Origin: Botryllus schlosseri | Lineage: Eukaryota | DNA length: 64,000 bases | Direction of reading: 5' to 3' | Assembly (NCBI GenBank): GCA_051294905.1 | Contig: CM119375.1 | Coordinates: 10,912,001 to 10,976,000, forward strand | Shown: in pieces, positions 11,476-24,200 of the stretch | Layout: each line of letters starts with the position of its first letter | Position numbering within the stretch: position 1 is the stretch's first letter | Notes under the pieces: generated by a model | Database searches by the model: none | What the model was told of the DNA's origin: nothing | The model's input: the letters and a program-made list of their open reading frames with translations, nothing else | Translations under genes and position numbers: made by a program

Positions 11476-14400
11476 CAGAGATGGAAGTCGGGCCGGGCTT
11501 TTCGGGTTCGGGCCGGGTTCGGGCCGGGTTCGGGCCGGGTTCGGGCCCAAAGTTATAAAAATTATCGGGCTTGAATCGGGCCGAATAGTCACTACGAAAA
11601 GCATTGACTTCATATACAAATTTGATTTGCAATTTTGATCGAAAGTGGCACAACTACATATAAGATACACCAATACCGTATCACGTAAGTATGGCAATAT
11701 CTGTGAATAAACTTTATACGAAGTACGAACCCAGATAAACTTCATTATAAGACGGCCCGAAGACTATGATTGTAATGAAACAATGTCAGCTAAATAGTAA
11801 ACAAGCGTCCCAAATACGCCAAACATTGATCATTGTTCAGGCCACATTGTGACGAAAACATGAATTACGGATGGATGGATAACCATGCTGGAGCCTGGAT
11901 TACTACCAATTTAGTTTTATTTTCGATGAGGCATGCTGATCTGAACAGCTAGAAGCAGGTGATGAGACGACGGCTTCCGTTGTGGCACAGCAGGATTGAT
12001 CGATAGATGTGTTAAGGCGGTGTTAATATTTATTAAAGAAAGCTTTTAGATGCGCCATAGTCAGGGGCGTAGCCAGCCGAGATAAAAAGGGGGTAGAACT
12101 GAATAAAGGGGGCAGAATGAGCCTCTATGCGTCATACCTTTAGCGATAGCGACTTCTGTATTCCGTACGCTTTTGACAGCGTAACTAATTGGCGGATCTA
12201 ATTACTGAAAGCGAGTTAGCAATCAACAGCTTGCACGGGATCGTGTTAGCAATCAACAACTTGCACGGGGATCATGTTACGATGCGCATGCGCTCATCCC
12301 GTGACAGTGCAGGAGATCTTATTTGTATTCAAATAAGTAATCGACCTTGAAACAATACCAGAACAACATTTCACGACGAACAATCTATACAGCGCAGAAT
12401 CTGTTATATCTTCATGAATTTTGACATGACTCAATTCGCGTGTAAGAGTAACGTCTTCTCGGCGTTTTAATTCCATTCATTTCGAACATGGCGCATATAC
12501 TAATTGTACCGGCGTGTGAATAATGACTTATTCGCAAAGCGAGGGAATCTCAAACAAGTTTCGGCGCGGCTATTGAAGGCTGAATGCGTCCTGGTGGGAT
12601 ACCGATCACGAAAGGCATAATCTAGTATGACGTATACATGGTCATTGAGGTCAAGACAAGGCACAACAATGGCGTCAAAAATATAATGCGAATCGACAAT
12701 GAAAGTCGTAGCACGGCGTTGTCAGCCTACTAATGCTGTAATTGGTGTCACGCCGGAAATTTTGACCGGAATAGTTTCATGCGGTGTTTGCAAACTAGTA
12801 TTAAAATACGATTGCCAAAAAACAGGGTCGTCCCATATCAAGCGCCATTCCGAACATTGCAAGCCTGGGCCTCATGGAAAAAAGAAGCAGCAGCTAATGT
12901 TACAGTTTGCAAATAAAACGCTTAGACTAAGCGAATCTGAAAAGCTGGACATAAAAACTGCTGAATTGGAGTTTTGCGTTCGTGGCTATCATGCCTTTCA
13001 TTCAGTTGAAAATGACGGCCTGATCAAGCTATTACAGCAATTTGTGAACATGTCCGCGACGCATGGACGTTTTAATGTATCAGACGTGATATATGGACGT
13101 AAAACTATATCGTTATATTGCAAGGAAAAAGCTGCAGTAATAAGGGAAAGGATAACAGAGGTTTTAGTTGAACCACAGTTAGCCGAAGCCGTCGCAGTAA
13201 CGTTGGACTTGTGGACGGACGAATACAAGCATACGTCATACCTAGACGTACACGTCTTCTGGATTGATAAGTCCTTTGAAATGAAACATCAAGTTTTGGC
13301 GGTACGTCATTTTGGGACTGAACGTCACACTGCTGAAAATATTTCACAGGCTATACAGACTATATTATATTGGCTGAATATGCTATTGATGCTTCAAACA
13401 TTACGGCAACTACCGACCACGGTGCAAATGTGGTCGCTGCCTTTCGAGTAGGAATGTTGGAAACGTCCGCACGCCTTGACTGTATGGCACATAGGCTACA
13501 CACTTGCTTCTCAACCATGTGGTCACGGGTATGCACTTCACAGTCAGAATTGCTCGATTACGATAACAATGCATCTTCTCTGGTAAAGTATTGTAATCAA
13601 GCCTCCGGTGTGCAGGAACAACTGCCCGTGTCGTTGAAAAAAGGCTCGTCAACTCGGAGATGGCAAGGCTATATTGATAGAGCATATTCCATCAACGAAA
13701 GTTATGAAGCTTTGGTGCGCATTCTTTCAGAACCACACAGAGACCGCATGCAGCTCATAGCATCTGTTAATCGAAGAATGAACGCGGAAATTTTACAATT
13801 CATGAAACCATTCGGCGATATATTTGATGTTATGCAATTTAATTCCAAACCAACGATAGGCTACGCCGTGCTAGCGTATTATAAGGCGTTTGAACTTGCA
13901 AAACCTTGCCAGAATGACCATCCCGTTATCAAGGCCATGAAGACAGAACTTAGACAACTTTTGGACACAGTATATTTTGAATCTTCGCTGAAGGCCCATC
14001 ACTGGCTAGCTACCTTTCTTGATCCAAATTTCAAACGATTTGAATTTCTGCCACTTATCAGTAATGAAGAGGTCTCATTCAAGATAAGATTGCTCTCGGA
14101 CATTGATAAATGGGTAATTGAACACATGGAAAAGGTTGCCGATTATAGCCCAGGCAATCAAGACTATGTTCGATCAGAAGCAAGAGAAATGCGACCAATC
14201 GAACTTGATGATCCATTCTCCCAATTTCGCGACGGTCTTGACAGACATTCCGCTCCAAGCCTCGCTTCGTCTGACAGTATCAAGCGAAACTTACTCCAGG
14301 AACTTCAACGGTACAAGGAATACCAAAATGCATCATCGCACCCCAATCCGCTGGACTTCTGGAGAAAATATGAACGGGACTTTCCAACGCTCTCCAGGGT

Positions 14401-15892
14401 GGCTAGAAAGATGTTTGCAGCCCAGTGCTCAAGTGCGCAATCCGAAAGAGATTTTTCATCGTGCGGTCTGACCTTGTCCCAGAGACGAACCCGACTGTCT
14501 CCAGTAACTGTTGAGGCTATTGAAATAATCAATTCTTCGTATAACGTGTGAATGCAACGCCCTTTGTATGGATGAAAGTTGAATTGTATTTTGAACACAC
14601 TATTTTTTCTCATCTTGGCCAATTTCATTCCTTTATTTCTTTAATTTAGTTTGGTATTGAACCATTTAACCCCTTTGAAGTCTGCGTCTATAAATAGACA
14701 TGGATCTCAAGCCCAAGCGTCGGTAGCAAATTTCTCCGTGTGTATACGTGCTAGTTGGCCAAGGTTAGATTTTATTGAAAGTCAGCAGTCTTCTGATTTA
14801 ATTATCATAATATTTCCAATGCGTAGAGGCCGGCCAATTTATGTTGTTTTCAGTATAAACAATGGCCGCAAGTAGCTTATAGATAGAGAGTGCCATTAGA
14901 GTGGATGTTGTTTTGTCTGACAATGGTCTCACAATGTCTAACAATGCTTTCTGTTCTATCACCAAAAAGTCTAATTTGATTCTTGACTTGAACACGAATC
15001 CTGTTGTTATGAACATTTCATATTGTGAGCGTCATGTATGTACATAGTTTTTAGGCAATTCATTCAAATTTTGTTCATATCTGTTATATGATTTGTGTCC
15101 AATGACTGTATCGTTGCAGGCAAGGTAGCTACAAGCCGTCGACATTGCGTAGGCATCGCGTAATCACTATTTCAAGAAGTGTTCACTCAGCCGTGATTAC
15201 TCGGCATCGCATCGAGATATCAGGCCTACCGAAATTCTGTAAACCGAGGTCATAATTCCACACACTATTTCGAGACGAATAACGGTAAAGAAATCATTGA
15301 TGTTTTGTTGAGAAGAGAAGATCATTATCTTTTCAAATAGCAACATGTTTAATGCCGCAGAACAGTTTATCAGGGTTCATCAGCAGTTATAAAAACAGAA
15401 TTGTTGAGGAAAACTTAATATTTTCGCTTTCAACAGCCAATAGCCCTATGATACACCTTGCGGATAGCTTTTTCGATGGCATAATACTGTAGAGGGCGAT
15501 CTCCTTGTTTCTATGATACCAAAGACGCCACGATCGAGCATGCAGAAGCGACTAAATCTCAATTATAGTGAACCGACTAAAATTCAGGGTAAAGTTGCAG
15601 ACTAAGTTAACAGTGGGGCTGTTTTCAGCGTATTCTCATTCAGATATATTAAGCTCTCTTGCCATATGCAAGATTGCTATCGAAAGAAAACAAAGTTAGA
15701 GCATTGAAATGCTCGAAATTTGAATCGTATATCAGCTTATTTGCTCGCAACAGTTGAAAATTGCTATTTGAACTTGGTTTCGGGCCGAAACGGGCTCAAA
15801 ACTCAACCGTCGGGTTCGGGCCGGGTTCGGGCTGAACTTGTCGGGTTCGGGCCGGGTTCGGGTCCGGCTCACCCGGCCCGCTTCCATCTCTG
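11476..15892 (+). mobile_element. Full-length (4417 bp) hAT transposon, Ac/hobo/Hermes-like
   Basis: TIRs cagagatggaag(t)cgggccggg at both ends; gggttcgggcc subterminal arrays; perfect TSD gtcctctg (11468-11475, 15893-15900); internal transposase. Confidence 0.97.
12699..14551 (+). pseudogene. hAT transposase with a single frameshift at 13362-13371
   Basis: BED-type zinc finger (CGVC...IKRHSEHC); catalytic TLDLWTD and TTDHGANVV; CMAH (CxxH); STRRW; hATC dimerisation region (PLDFW...FPTLSRVARKMF...SSAQSERDFS). Removing one copy of the tandem atatt joins ORF 12699 to ORF 13370 in frame (..QTILAEYAID..). Confidence 0.93.
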
Positions 15893-16155
15893 GTCCTCTG
15901 TTCACTCTTAGCTGGATCGGGGTGATTTTGTCGACTGTATTCGGGATCCAAACGAGCAGAACATGCTTGATAAAGAACGGATAATGTCAGACACTACCAG
16001 TTGCTAACATAGCCCGAGGCTAGCTACTGATCATATATAGCCGACACTGCAGCATGTATTCCGTATCGTTGATATTGCAGAGATGTCGCCAGCATCCTCC
16101 AACCTTCACTAATGTTAGGAGTTCGTACAGCAGTCGCTAATCTAAATACACAGGC

Positions 16156-18234
16156 ATGGAAGATAGATCAGCAGAATTGAGGAAGCGCAAAAAACAAAAT
16201 GATGATTGCATCTCTGACGACGAATCAACGAGGCTTATTAGTACCGACGGTAATACTCCGAAGTCGACCTTTAGTTACGAACCTCTTCTTAAACTCATTC
16301 CATATCGACACATTGTGATATTTGCATCCGCGATGTTGATATACTCCAACGTCAACCATGGACAATTTCTACATGACGACATTGTGGCTATTGTAAGAAA
16401 TCGGGATGTCGTCGGTAACACATCGCTAACTAATTTATTCAAAAACGATTTCTGGGGCACCTACATCGTCAACAAGAAGAGTCACAAATCATACAGACCG
16501 CTGTGCGTATTGACGTTTAGACTGAATTACTACCTTCACGGATTGCAACCGCTTTACTTCCATCTTGTCAACTGCTTGACACATGCCTTGGTATCGGTAC
16601 TCACATCGGTGGTAAGTCACAAGGTGATATATTGCAGATACGAAGACCGCGGAAAAAATCTCGCCTTTCTTGTGGGCTTGGTATTCGCCACTCATCCAAT
16701 TCATACAGAAGCAGTCGCGAATATTGTCGGCAGAGCTGAATTGCTGTCGGCGTTGTTTTTCCTGGTGGCTGTGCTTTTGCATAACATCAGTATCAAATGC
16801 GATTCCAGAATAGTTGAAGTCGTAACATTATCTATGTCTGTTTTAACCGCTGGATGTGCAATGTTAATGAAAGAGAGTGGTATCACAGTTTTCGGTTTGA
16901 TGTTTGTGATAGACGCGTTCAACGTGTATGCAACTTTCAATGTCAGCAAAATGTGCGCCACAGTTTGGAAAATATTCAGGGTTGTGATGATCATGGCAGC
17001 GATGTCATCGATTCTGTTCTTACGGTTTTACGCAATGGGTTGGACAAAACCGACGTTTTCATCGGCGGACAACCCAGCTTCGAAAAGTCCGTTTTTAAAA
17101 ACACGCTTTCTTACCTACTCATACATCAGCTGGGTCAATTTTAAACTACTATTGATGCCAATTAATCTCCTCTACGATTATTCGTATGATACCGTCCCGT
17201 TGGTTGACTGTTTCAGCGATTATCGCAGCATCGCAACGCTCGCATTTTTCACCACCTCGTTTCTTGTTGTTCTCAAAATTTGTCGGAAATGTCTGTTATA
17301 TGAATTTCTTACGCCAGAAGCATGGGGTATGTTATTGCTCATTTTACCGTACATTCCGTGCTCGAACATATTTTTTCCTGTTGGGTTCGTCGTCGCTGAG
17401 CGAACGCTGTATTTGCCGAGTATAGGATTCTCGATTTTGATGGTATGTTTTATAAAAAATTACATCGAAGTTAAATCTCGTTCGGCATCGCACATTTTAC
17501 TCATCGCACTGTTGGCGTTCTACGCCGCAAAAACCTGGGAAAGAAATAAGGTTTGGCAAACGAAGGAAGCCTTGTTCAAATCCGGCATGGAATCCGCCCC
17601 TGATAATCCGAAGATTCGTTACAACTGGGCGAATTACCTCCGAGAAACCCACCGCTACGAAGAAGCGGTCATACATTACGAGGAGGTACTGAAATTACAA
17701 CCGGATTATCCCGGAGCGCTGAATAATCTTGCGGTCATACTCGAGAAAAACGATTCTACGCTAGAGCGAGCCAGGGAGATGTACACTCGTTTGATTCTTA
17801 TCGTGCCGGACCGGGCCGAAGCGTACATGAATTTAGCTTCGATTTTTAACCGCACCAAAGATTATGAGAAGGCAGCGGATATCTATTTGAAGATGATGAG
17901 TCGACATATGTACCCTATTCTGCCGACCATATCTCTTGCCGAGACTCTCGTGGAGAACAATTCGCTGGACAGTGCGGAATCCGCAATAAGTAATCTGCTC
18001 TTTCAGTTTTGTCACGCCAGGAGAGACGAGCGTGTCTTGGGCCTTTTGGCAGAGCGTCGCGCGGCGCTTAAGCTCAATAACAATCGTCAAAGCAAGCAGT
18101 GTTTTGACGAGAAGGCACTTTTCACGCGGGCTCTGTTACTGTACGCGCGCATACTACATTCCAAAGGTCTCTTCGAAGAATCTGAAACTATGACGCAATC
18201 TGTTTTGAAAGTACGGAAGCAGATGGAGGGATGA
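16156..18234 (+). CDS. TMTC1: Intronless TMTC-family protein O-mannosyltransferase (multi-TM + DUF1736 + TPRs), most like TMTC1
   Basis: 692-aa ORF with FLHDD, NDFWG, SHKSYRPL, HPIHTEAVANIVGRAELL, DNPAS..TRFLTYSY and VVAERTLYLPS motifs, then TPRs. AATAAA at 18248. Paralog assignment tentative. Confidence 0.9.
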   Translation: MEDRSAELRKRKKQNDDCISDDESTRLISTDGNTPKSTFSYEPLLKLIPYRHIVIFASAMLIYSNVNHGQFLHDDIVAIVRNRDVVGNTSLTNLFKNDFWGTYIVNKKSHKSYRPLCVLTFRLNYYLHGLQPLYFHLVNCLTHALVSVLTSVVSHKVIYCRYEDRGKNLAFLVGLVFATHPIHTEAVANIVGRAELLSALFFLVAVLLHNISIKCDSRIVEVVTLSMSVLTAGCAMLMKESGITVFGLMFVIDAFNVYATFNVSKMCATVWKIFRVVMIMAAMSSILFLRFYAMGWTKPTFSSADNPASKSPFLKTRFLTYSYISWVNFKLLLMPINLLYDYSYDTVPLVDCFSDYRSIATLAFFTTSFLVVLKICRKCLLYEFLTPEAWGMLLLILPYIPCSNIFFPVGFVVAERTLYLPSIGFSILMVCFIKNYIEVKSRSASHILLIALLAFYAAKTWERNKVWQTKEALFKSGMESAPDNPKIRYNWANYLRETHRYEEAVIHYEEVLKLQPDYPGALNNLAVILEKNDSTLERAREMYTRLILIVPDRAEAYMNLASIFNRTKDYEKAADIYLKMMSRHMYPILPTISLAETLVENNSLDSAESAISNLLFQFCHARRDERVLGLLAERRAALKLNNNRQSKQCFDEKALFTRALLLYARILHSKGLFEESETMTQSVLKVRKQMEG

Positions 18235-18247
18235 TATTGGTGATAGT

Positions 18248-18253
18248 AATAAA
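18248..18253 (+). promoter_or_regulatory. Candidate polyadenylation signal of the TMTC gene
   Basis: AATAAA 13 nt after the stop codon. Confidence 0.45.
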
Positions 18254-18362
18254 CATATAGAATACATCAGAATGCGTAAGCGAAGATGCTTTCCCCCTCT
18301 TCTCTGTTTTTAAATTTGGTATTTTATATTGTTGGTTTCGTAAAATTGTCTGCCCCAAATAC

Positions 18363-18571
18363 CAGGGGTGTCAAACATACCACCCGGCCTGCCAGGCGAT
18401 TTCATCGGGCCCCGCAGCAATTCTGAGTAAATGAAAAAATTGTTGTATTGTCCGGCATTTTTCTAACAAAAGTCGAGATTTTTACCAAATAATTCGACGT
18501 GAGAAATCCCGACATCGAATGTCCGTGGAGCAGTGTTTAGTTTTGATTCAGGTCACCATTAGGAACTAGTC
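18363..18571. mobile_element. Left end of a hAT element (caggggtgtcaaac), interrupted; right end not found
   Basis: Terminus caggggtgtcaaacatac..ccggcc..gatttcat; similar terminus at 39730. Confidence 0.5.
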
Positions 18572-20348
18572 CAGTGGTTCCCAACGTGGGCGATATCACC
18601 CCCCAGGGGCAATTTGGCGGTCTAGGGGGGCGATATGGGGGCGAAAACGGACGAAGGGGGCGATAGGGGGCGAAAACAACGAAGGGGGCGATGGCGCGTT
18701 AAGACGGCTATATTGGAGTCGGGACCGTAACTACCGCACCCCAAACCCCCAATTGGGGGCAAAAAAATCTTTCGTGAATTAACAAAAATTGTAGTGTAAT
18801 TTTTTAGAAATTCATGGAACTTTTTCCAAAAATTTTCGCCCTCGGCGCGATTTTATATTTTCATATATTTTGACTTTGGAGTACCCGTCCCCCAACAAAA
18901 ATACACATGATTTATGGAAATGGGAGACTTCGGCGTCAGCCATTATTGCGCCACGACGCACCAAGACATATGAAGTTAGAGGTCATGTAACATGCGACTC
19001 CGAGAAGTGTGCCAGAACAATCAGCAGCGAGAAGACCTTGGCCGAAAAGGAATGCCCTTGTGCTGACCGAAAACTTCGATATGTATACTTATACATATAT
19101 GTTTAATTGTCCAAATGTGCCTCAATGGCTGGCGTCGAATGTTCCTGTCCTGGCGACCTTAACCCTATCAGGACAAATGCCATCCGGGAAAGAAAAAATT
19201 ATTTGCCAGTTAAGAAATACCAATTTGAAATCAACTGCGTCTTTTAGTTTGGTACGTTTTGACGATTTCCATATCTGCTGACATACCAGATATAGGAGGT
19301 CACGAGATAGCAGTGGTGGCTTTTGGGGTGGGCGAGGTGGGCGGTCGCCCGCCCCCCCTCCTGGTCGAGGGGGCCCCTATTTGGATTTGGCGCTTTTTTA
19401 AAGGAGAATGACGAAGAAACATGGAAATCCTTGCACCAAGCAAGAATATGATTCCGTACAGATGTGTCAATCATCATCACATCACTGCATTTGTAAGAAA
19501 CGTCCCGTATCCCGATAATCATCACGTCTCTGCATGCGGTAGAATTACTTAGTTTTGATGTAGTCTATACTTGCACACATGCAAAATAGACATGGCTGAA
19601 TCCAGCACCTGGACAAACCTTTTGCGGTGGTGAAAGATAGATAATAATAACCGATGCGAAAGGGGGGTCTGGGGGGCGGAGCCCCCTAGAAGTTACGGAT
19701 AGATACTTATAGGCGGCCCCCCGGTAAGTCTCGCCCAGCCCCCCCCCCCCACTCCGTTGGTAGGGCCAACACTGCGAGATAGCATCATGTAACGAAGTCA
19801 ATATAACAAAGATTCCACCTAATTTCGTGGCAAAGCGAACAACGTGATGGGGGTCGGTTTATCACCCTATGGGAGCCCAAGACCAAAGTTTTTTGGTGAC
19901 CTGACGAAGTGCTGTTTCATTCCTGCCAACGGGTATACGGCCGAAGATGTTTAATTATTATTTAAGGGTGCCCTAACTTTTCCAACACACCACACTCAGA
20001 TCTACCGGTAAATCTGATTACGTGAGCAGAAAGAGGAAAAAAATTGATAGCAATATATATGCAATTCCCGACCATATTGACCGATTCAAACATGAATTAT
20101 ATAAATTTGTGGCACTTCGCGCGTTTAGGTGAAATACGGTGACTTACCAAACAGTACATGAAATAGGGTATAGCTGATATGAAGCGAAAAAAAACACTGG
20201 CTGACAGGGGGTCGGAGGTGGTTTATCACCCTATCGGGCCAAAAGGGGGGTGACGAAGTGCTGTTTTTCGGTTCCCAATATTTGGGGGGCGATGATCGGT
20301 GTGGACTTCAAAAGGGGGCGATGAGTCGAAAAAGGTTGGGAACCACTG
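18572..20348. mobile_element. Non-autonomous hAT (1777 bp, GGGGGCGA subterminal repeats)
   Basis: Perfect TIR cagtggttcccaac / gttgggaaccactg; perfect TSD aactagtc; gggggcga repeated at both ends. Confidence 0.93.
19311..19774. mobile_element. GC-rich MITE nested in the 18572-20348 element
   Basis: Ends cagtggtggc / gccaacactg; perfect 8-bp TSD cgagatag. Absent from the homologous segment near 43580. Confidence 0.88.
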
Positions 20349-21218
20349 AACTAGTCCATGACATTGAAGTCAAATTCTGTGAAGGAAAAAGAATTCAACT
20401 CAGATTAGAGTTTTCTGAGTAGGTCGACCAAAGTAGTTATTTACAGAGGAGCTTCTTGGAGGTACAGAACTTCAATATACAATTAAATAGTATATTCATA
20501 TTGAAATGAACCCGAATATTTTCGGCTGACACTCGTCAGGGGTAATCGTCAGCAACTAGTAGAGAATTGGAAAGAACATTGTATATCAACAATCGTATCA
20601 CAAAATATGACGTCACCAGCATGAAATTTCGAATGAGAGAGCGTTCAATGTACTATTTTTAGGTGATACACGAACTCCTTTTGTTGACAGAGTTTTGGTT
20701 GGTGTATTTTGATAAAAGTTGATTCATTTCAATATGAATATACTATTTAATTATTTACAGAGGTGGAAATGCAATGCGAAACCATTTTACATATAGTATG
20801 TATGGGTACTACCCATTGGGTAAGTTTATACATGGAAGTGGAAGGTACATGGTGAATAATAGTTTGAAAAAGAATATAGTTCAAATATCCTTGATCGCAC
20901 CGCTGTATATCTTATTGTGACCCAAAAGTTCCCAGCCTCGGCTCCAGGGAAACCTGAATGGGTATCTATAGCCTATAATAATAATGGAGCAACGTTTGCG
21001 TTTACAGTCAACTATTGTATTGCTCAAAACGAATAAGCAGGGGCAGGGCGGTTTACGCGGGATCACGGCTAAAACAAGGGTAGCATAGAAATACGCCAAC
21101 TTGTATTAGTATTGTCATTAGTACCAACGTTTTAGTAATTTATAACTGTATTTAATCGGCTAATCCTCGTATTTTAGTCAATTCCATTGTTTGCGAAATA
21201 AGTCGTTGCTAGAAAATA

Positions 21219-24200
21219 CCCAGCAAACACCCGATCTCCCACGGACTTACGGGTACGTCCACAATTGTGCCCAGTCGTCCCACGTCCCACTTTTAGTGAC
21301 TGAGGACTTGCTCAGTAGGTCACAAATTGACGTCCAATTATGTAACTCCAAGAGACCCCCAGAGGAAGTAACTTTAAGAGTGCTCCTATGCCAGTCACCA
21401 ATGACCATTCCAGTGGATGTCATAATAGTGTGATGCCTGGATGCCACCAACACAGGAGTTGATTTGGATGTCCTTACTGGGAAATCGTTTCTATGAACTC
21501 AAATGTGCATTATTCTGCAGTCAATGCTGAATAAGTTGTGTTGAATACAGTCATGATACAAGTGAAATCTAGTGGAGTGAAGCCGTGAATGTTGATATGG
21601 TGTGACTTTCTCATCGCGTGGAACTTCACAAGCCCGGCTGTCGATCATTGCGGTCGCACAGTGCTAAAGAGGCTCGATATAATGTGCGATACAGAGACAC
21701 AGTGGCTTATTTTATTGTGACATTACTGGGTCGAAAATGCCCACATCAGGGGCAAATACTCGTAATGCATGTGAAATATTCCGATATCAGAACTTGATAA
21801 TCGTCATGATGGGATTGTGATGACTATTCCAATCACGGAACAACGCAGTAAGCAATCCTCTCGGCTATTTCGATAATGGAGTCGAACACGCCTGTTGCTT
21901 CAGATTCATCCAACCATAAAACCAGAAGCCTGCCTTCTTCTATTTGGCGAGCATCGCGCATGCGCCGCGCGTGTAATTCAATTTGATCACCGTATGTAGC
22001 AATGGCGGAGGGACGAATTATCACAGTAATGGTTTAGTTCATAATTGGAAACGTTAACAGCGTGGACTGTGAGATGTCTCTATCATGAGTACCGGAAGGG
22101 CAGGGAGCTTGGTTTTTGAGTGCTATATTTAATAAACAGCAATAGTCTCGATCATCATGAACTGCTGATGCGATATAATGAATTCGATTATATGATTATA
22201 GTGACACGGCTGTAATATCACCTACAGACGGAATTGATCGACCCGCTGCTAATCGGTAACTCATGCAAGCCGATAATTCTTGTAGTAGGCTACATTTGAT
22301 ACTATATGATAATGTATTGATCATAGAAGTCTGATTTATTGTGCTCTGTTCCATAATGTCTCACAAGCAATAACTTGCCATTTCATGTGCATCCTGTGAA
22401 AAGTTTTACAAGGATTTCCTAGGGCTGCAGGACCCAATCAGCAAACCAGATGCCGCATAAAGTAATGTACTGGTATTTTATAACATATCGGTATATTATA
22501 CTGAATTTTGAAATGTTATGTATAGGCTTACAGAAATGTGGAATGTTCCTTTATGGAATGTGAGATTGCTGAATTTGTGGATGCATGAAGATTGTAGCAT
22601 CACATTAACATCCATTTTCGTATTTTTGTGTCCACAACAGTATATAACCATAACCATCTAGATAATAGCGTTAATAAAATAATTGAGGCTTTCAGTGTAC
22701 ATGTAAGAATTTTTGGCAATATTGGTTTATATTTAGGGTATTTTAGGAACAACATTATAATAGTTTGTTAGCCCATCTTTAACCTCGCTCTAATCAAAGG
22801 ATACTCAAACACTAAACCAATTATAAACTCTATAAACTTAACATGTTCATGGCCTGGTGCAGACGGGTTGTTGGCAATGTTACCGCAATGTTGGCACGGC
22901 CTCCGTGCATACTTTTATTGCTTGATTATAACTTTCGATATTAGTATATATATACACGGAAACATTGCCTACATTGCAGCAGTATCAAAAAAGTAGGCTA
23001 TGGATGGGCCCTAAGGAAGGCTCATTGCTCATGGTCATCTTGCCGTCGATAAGAAAACACAACCTTATTATCAATGGATTCTTACTATATATGGATGGGA
23101 CATATCTGTGTTTATGTATACAAAGTTACTTCATTTCTACCAGGAGACTAGATATTGAACAGGCAATGTTATGTAGTTCTAAACTTCAGAGGAAGGCGCC
23201 GCAGTGGTGCATTGTTCATGGATCAAGATGTTAAATTATGTAAGTTGAAGTTACGAACTATATATGATGATTTATGATATTTCATTAATTAGCAATTTAT
23301 TACCCTGAAAAAAGTGCCATCGATGATGCGGAAATATACAATTGACGGTGGTTCGCAATCGGGCTGCTAAAACGTGCTGGGTGGAACTATAATTTTATTA
23401 TAAACTGCATTGTTATAGTGGCACAGAGCGTGTAATTTCAGTAGGCTGTCTTGAAAATAGTCGCATACTTGGCTCGAATCATAAGAAATAAGAATTGATA
23501 CTCGTTCGAGATTTGAGTAACCATACCAATGTGCTCAGCCCTACTGATTATTCATTGTAGTGAGTAGAATGTGCGAATGGTCCAGCTTGAACTTCATTGT
23601 CTTTTTTTTTACAGGATATTCTAGATTCCTCGCTTGGCTTCTTGACAAATGGCTTCACTACAAACATTATAATATCTTTGATTATTTAGATCGGCAATGT
23701 CTTCAATTGATAGTGTTCAACAACGTCAAGAACACTGTACAAAGTATGTCTTGATGACTGGAACCAAAAACGTTCGGAAGAACTACTGCCACATGGAACA
23801 AGCGTTGCTGTAAAATCGGTGCTGCGTCATCCTCAGGAAAAAGTCAAAAGGTATAAAACATTGAATACACTTCATGGAAACCAGAGGCTGTGAAAGTAAT
23901 CATCTTTTGAACTGAAGTAGATGTAATGTTATGGATTTATACACACCTAGAGGTAACAACTTTAAAGTTGCGTTAGATCTACTCGAAATGGAAGTAGATA
24001 ATGCACTTCTGGAAAGTATACAAATAATAAGTTTGAAAAAGTAGATTTGGTCGAGGTGTTGCGTAGGCATTCTTAGCGTTTAATCATAGTTGGTGGTCAA
24101 AGTACATATTGTTTGCACCGGAGTTTGAATAGTTGCAACGCCTTGAATTTCTACTGTACAATTAGCCTTTTACCAGGCTTGTAAAATTCACTTCAAAATG

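Noticed and set aside
11405-11745. ORFs with GPGSG/PNPAR repeats
   Set aside because: They derive from the GC-rich subterminal repeats of the hAT left end.
13340-13400. Intron explaining the transposase frame change
   Set aside because: No suitable GT-AG pair is present, and a 5-bp duplication accounts for it exactly.
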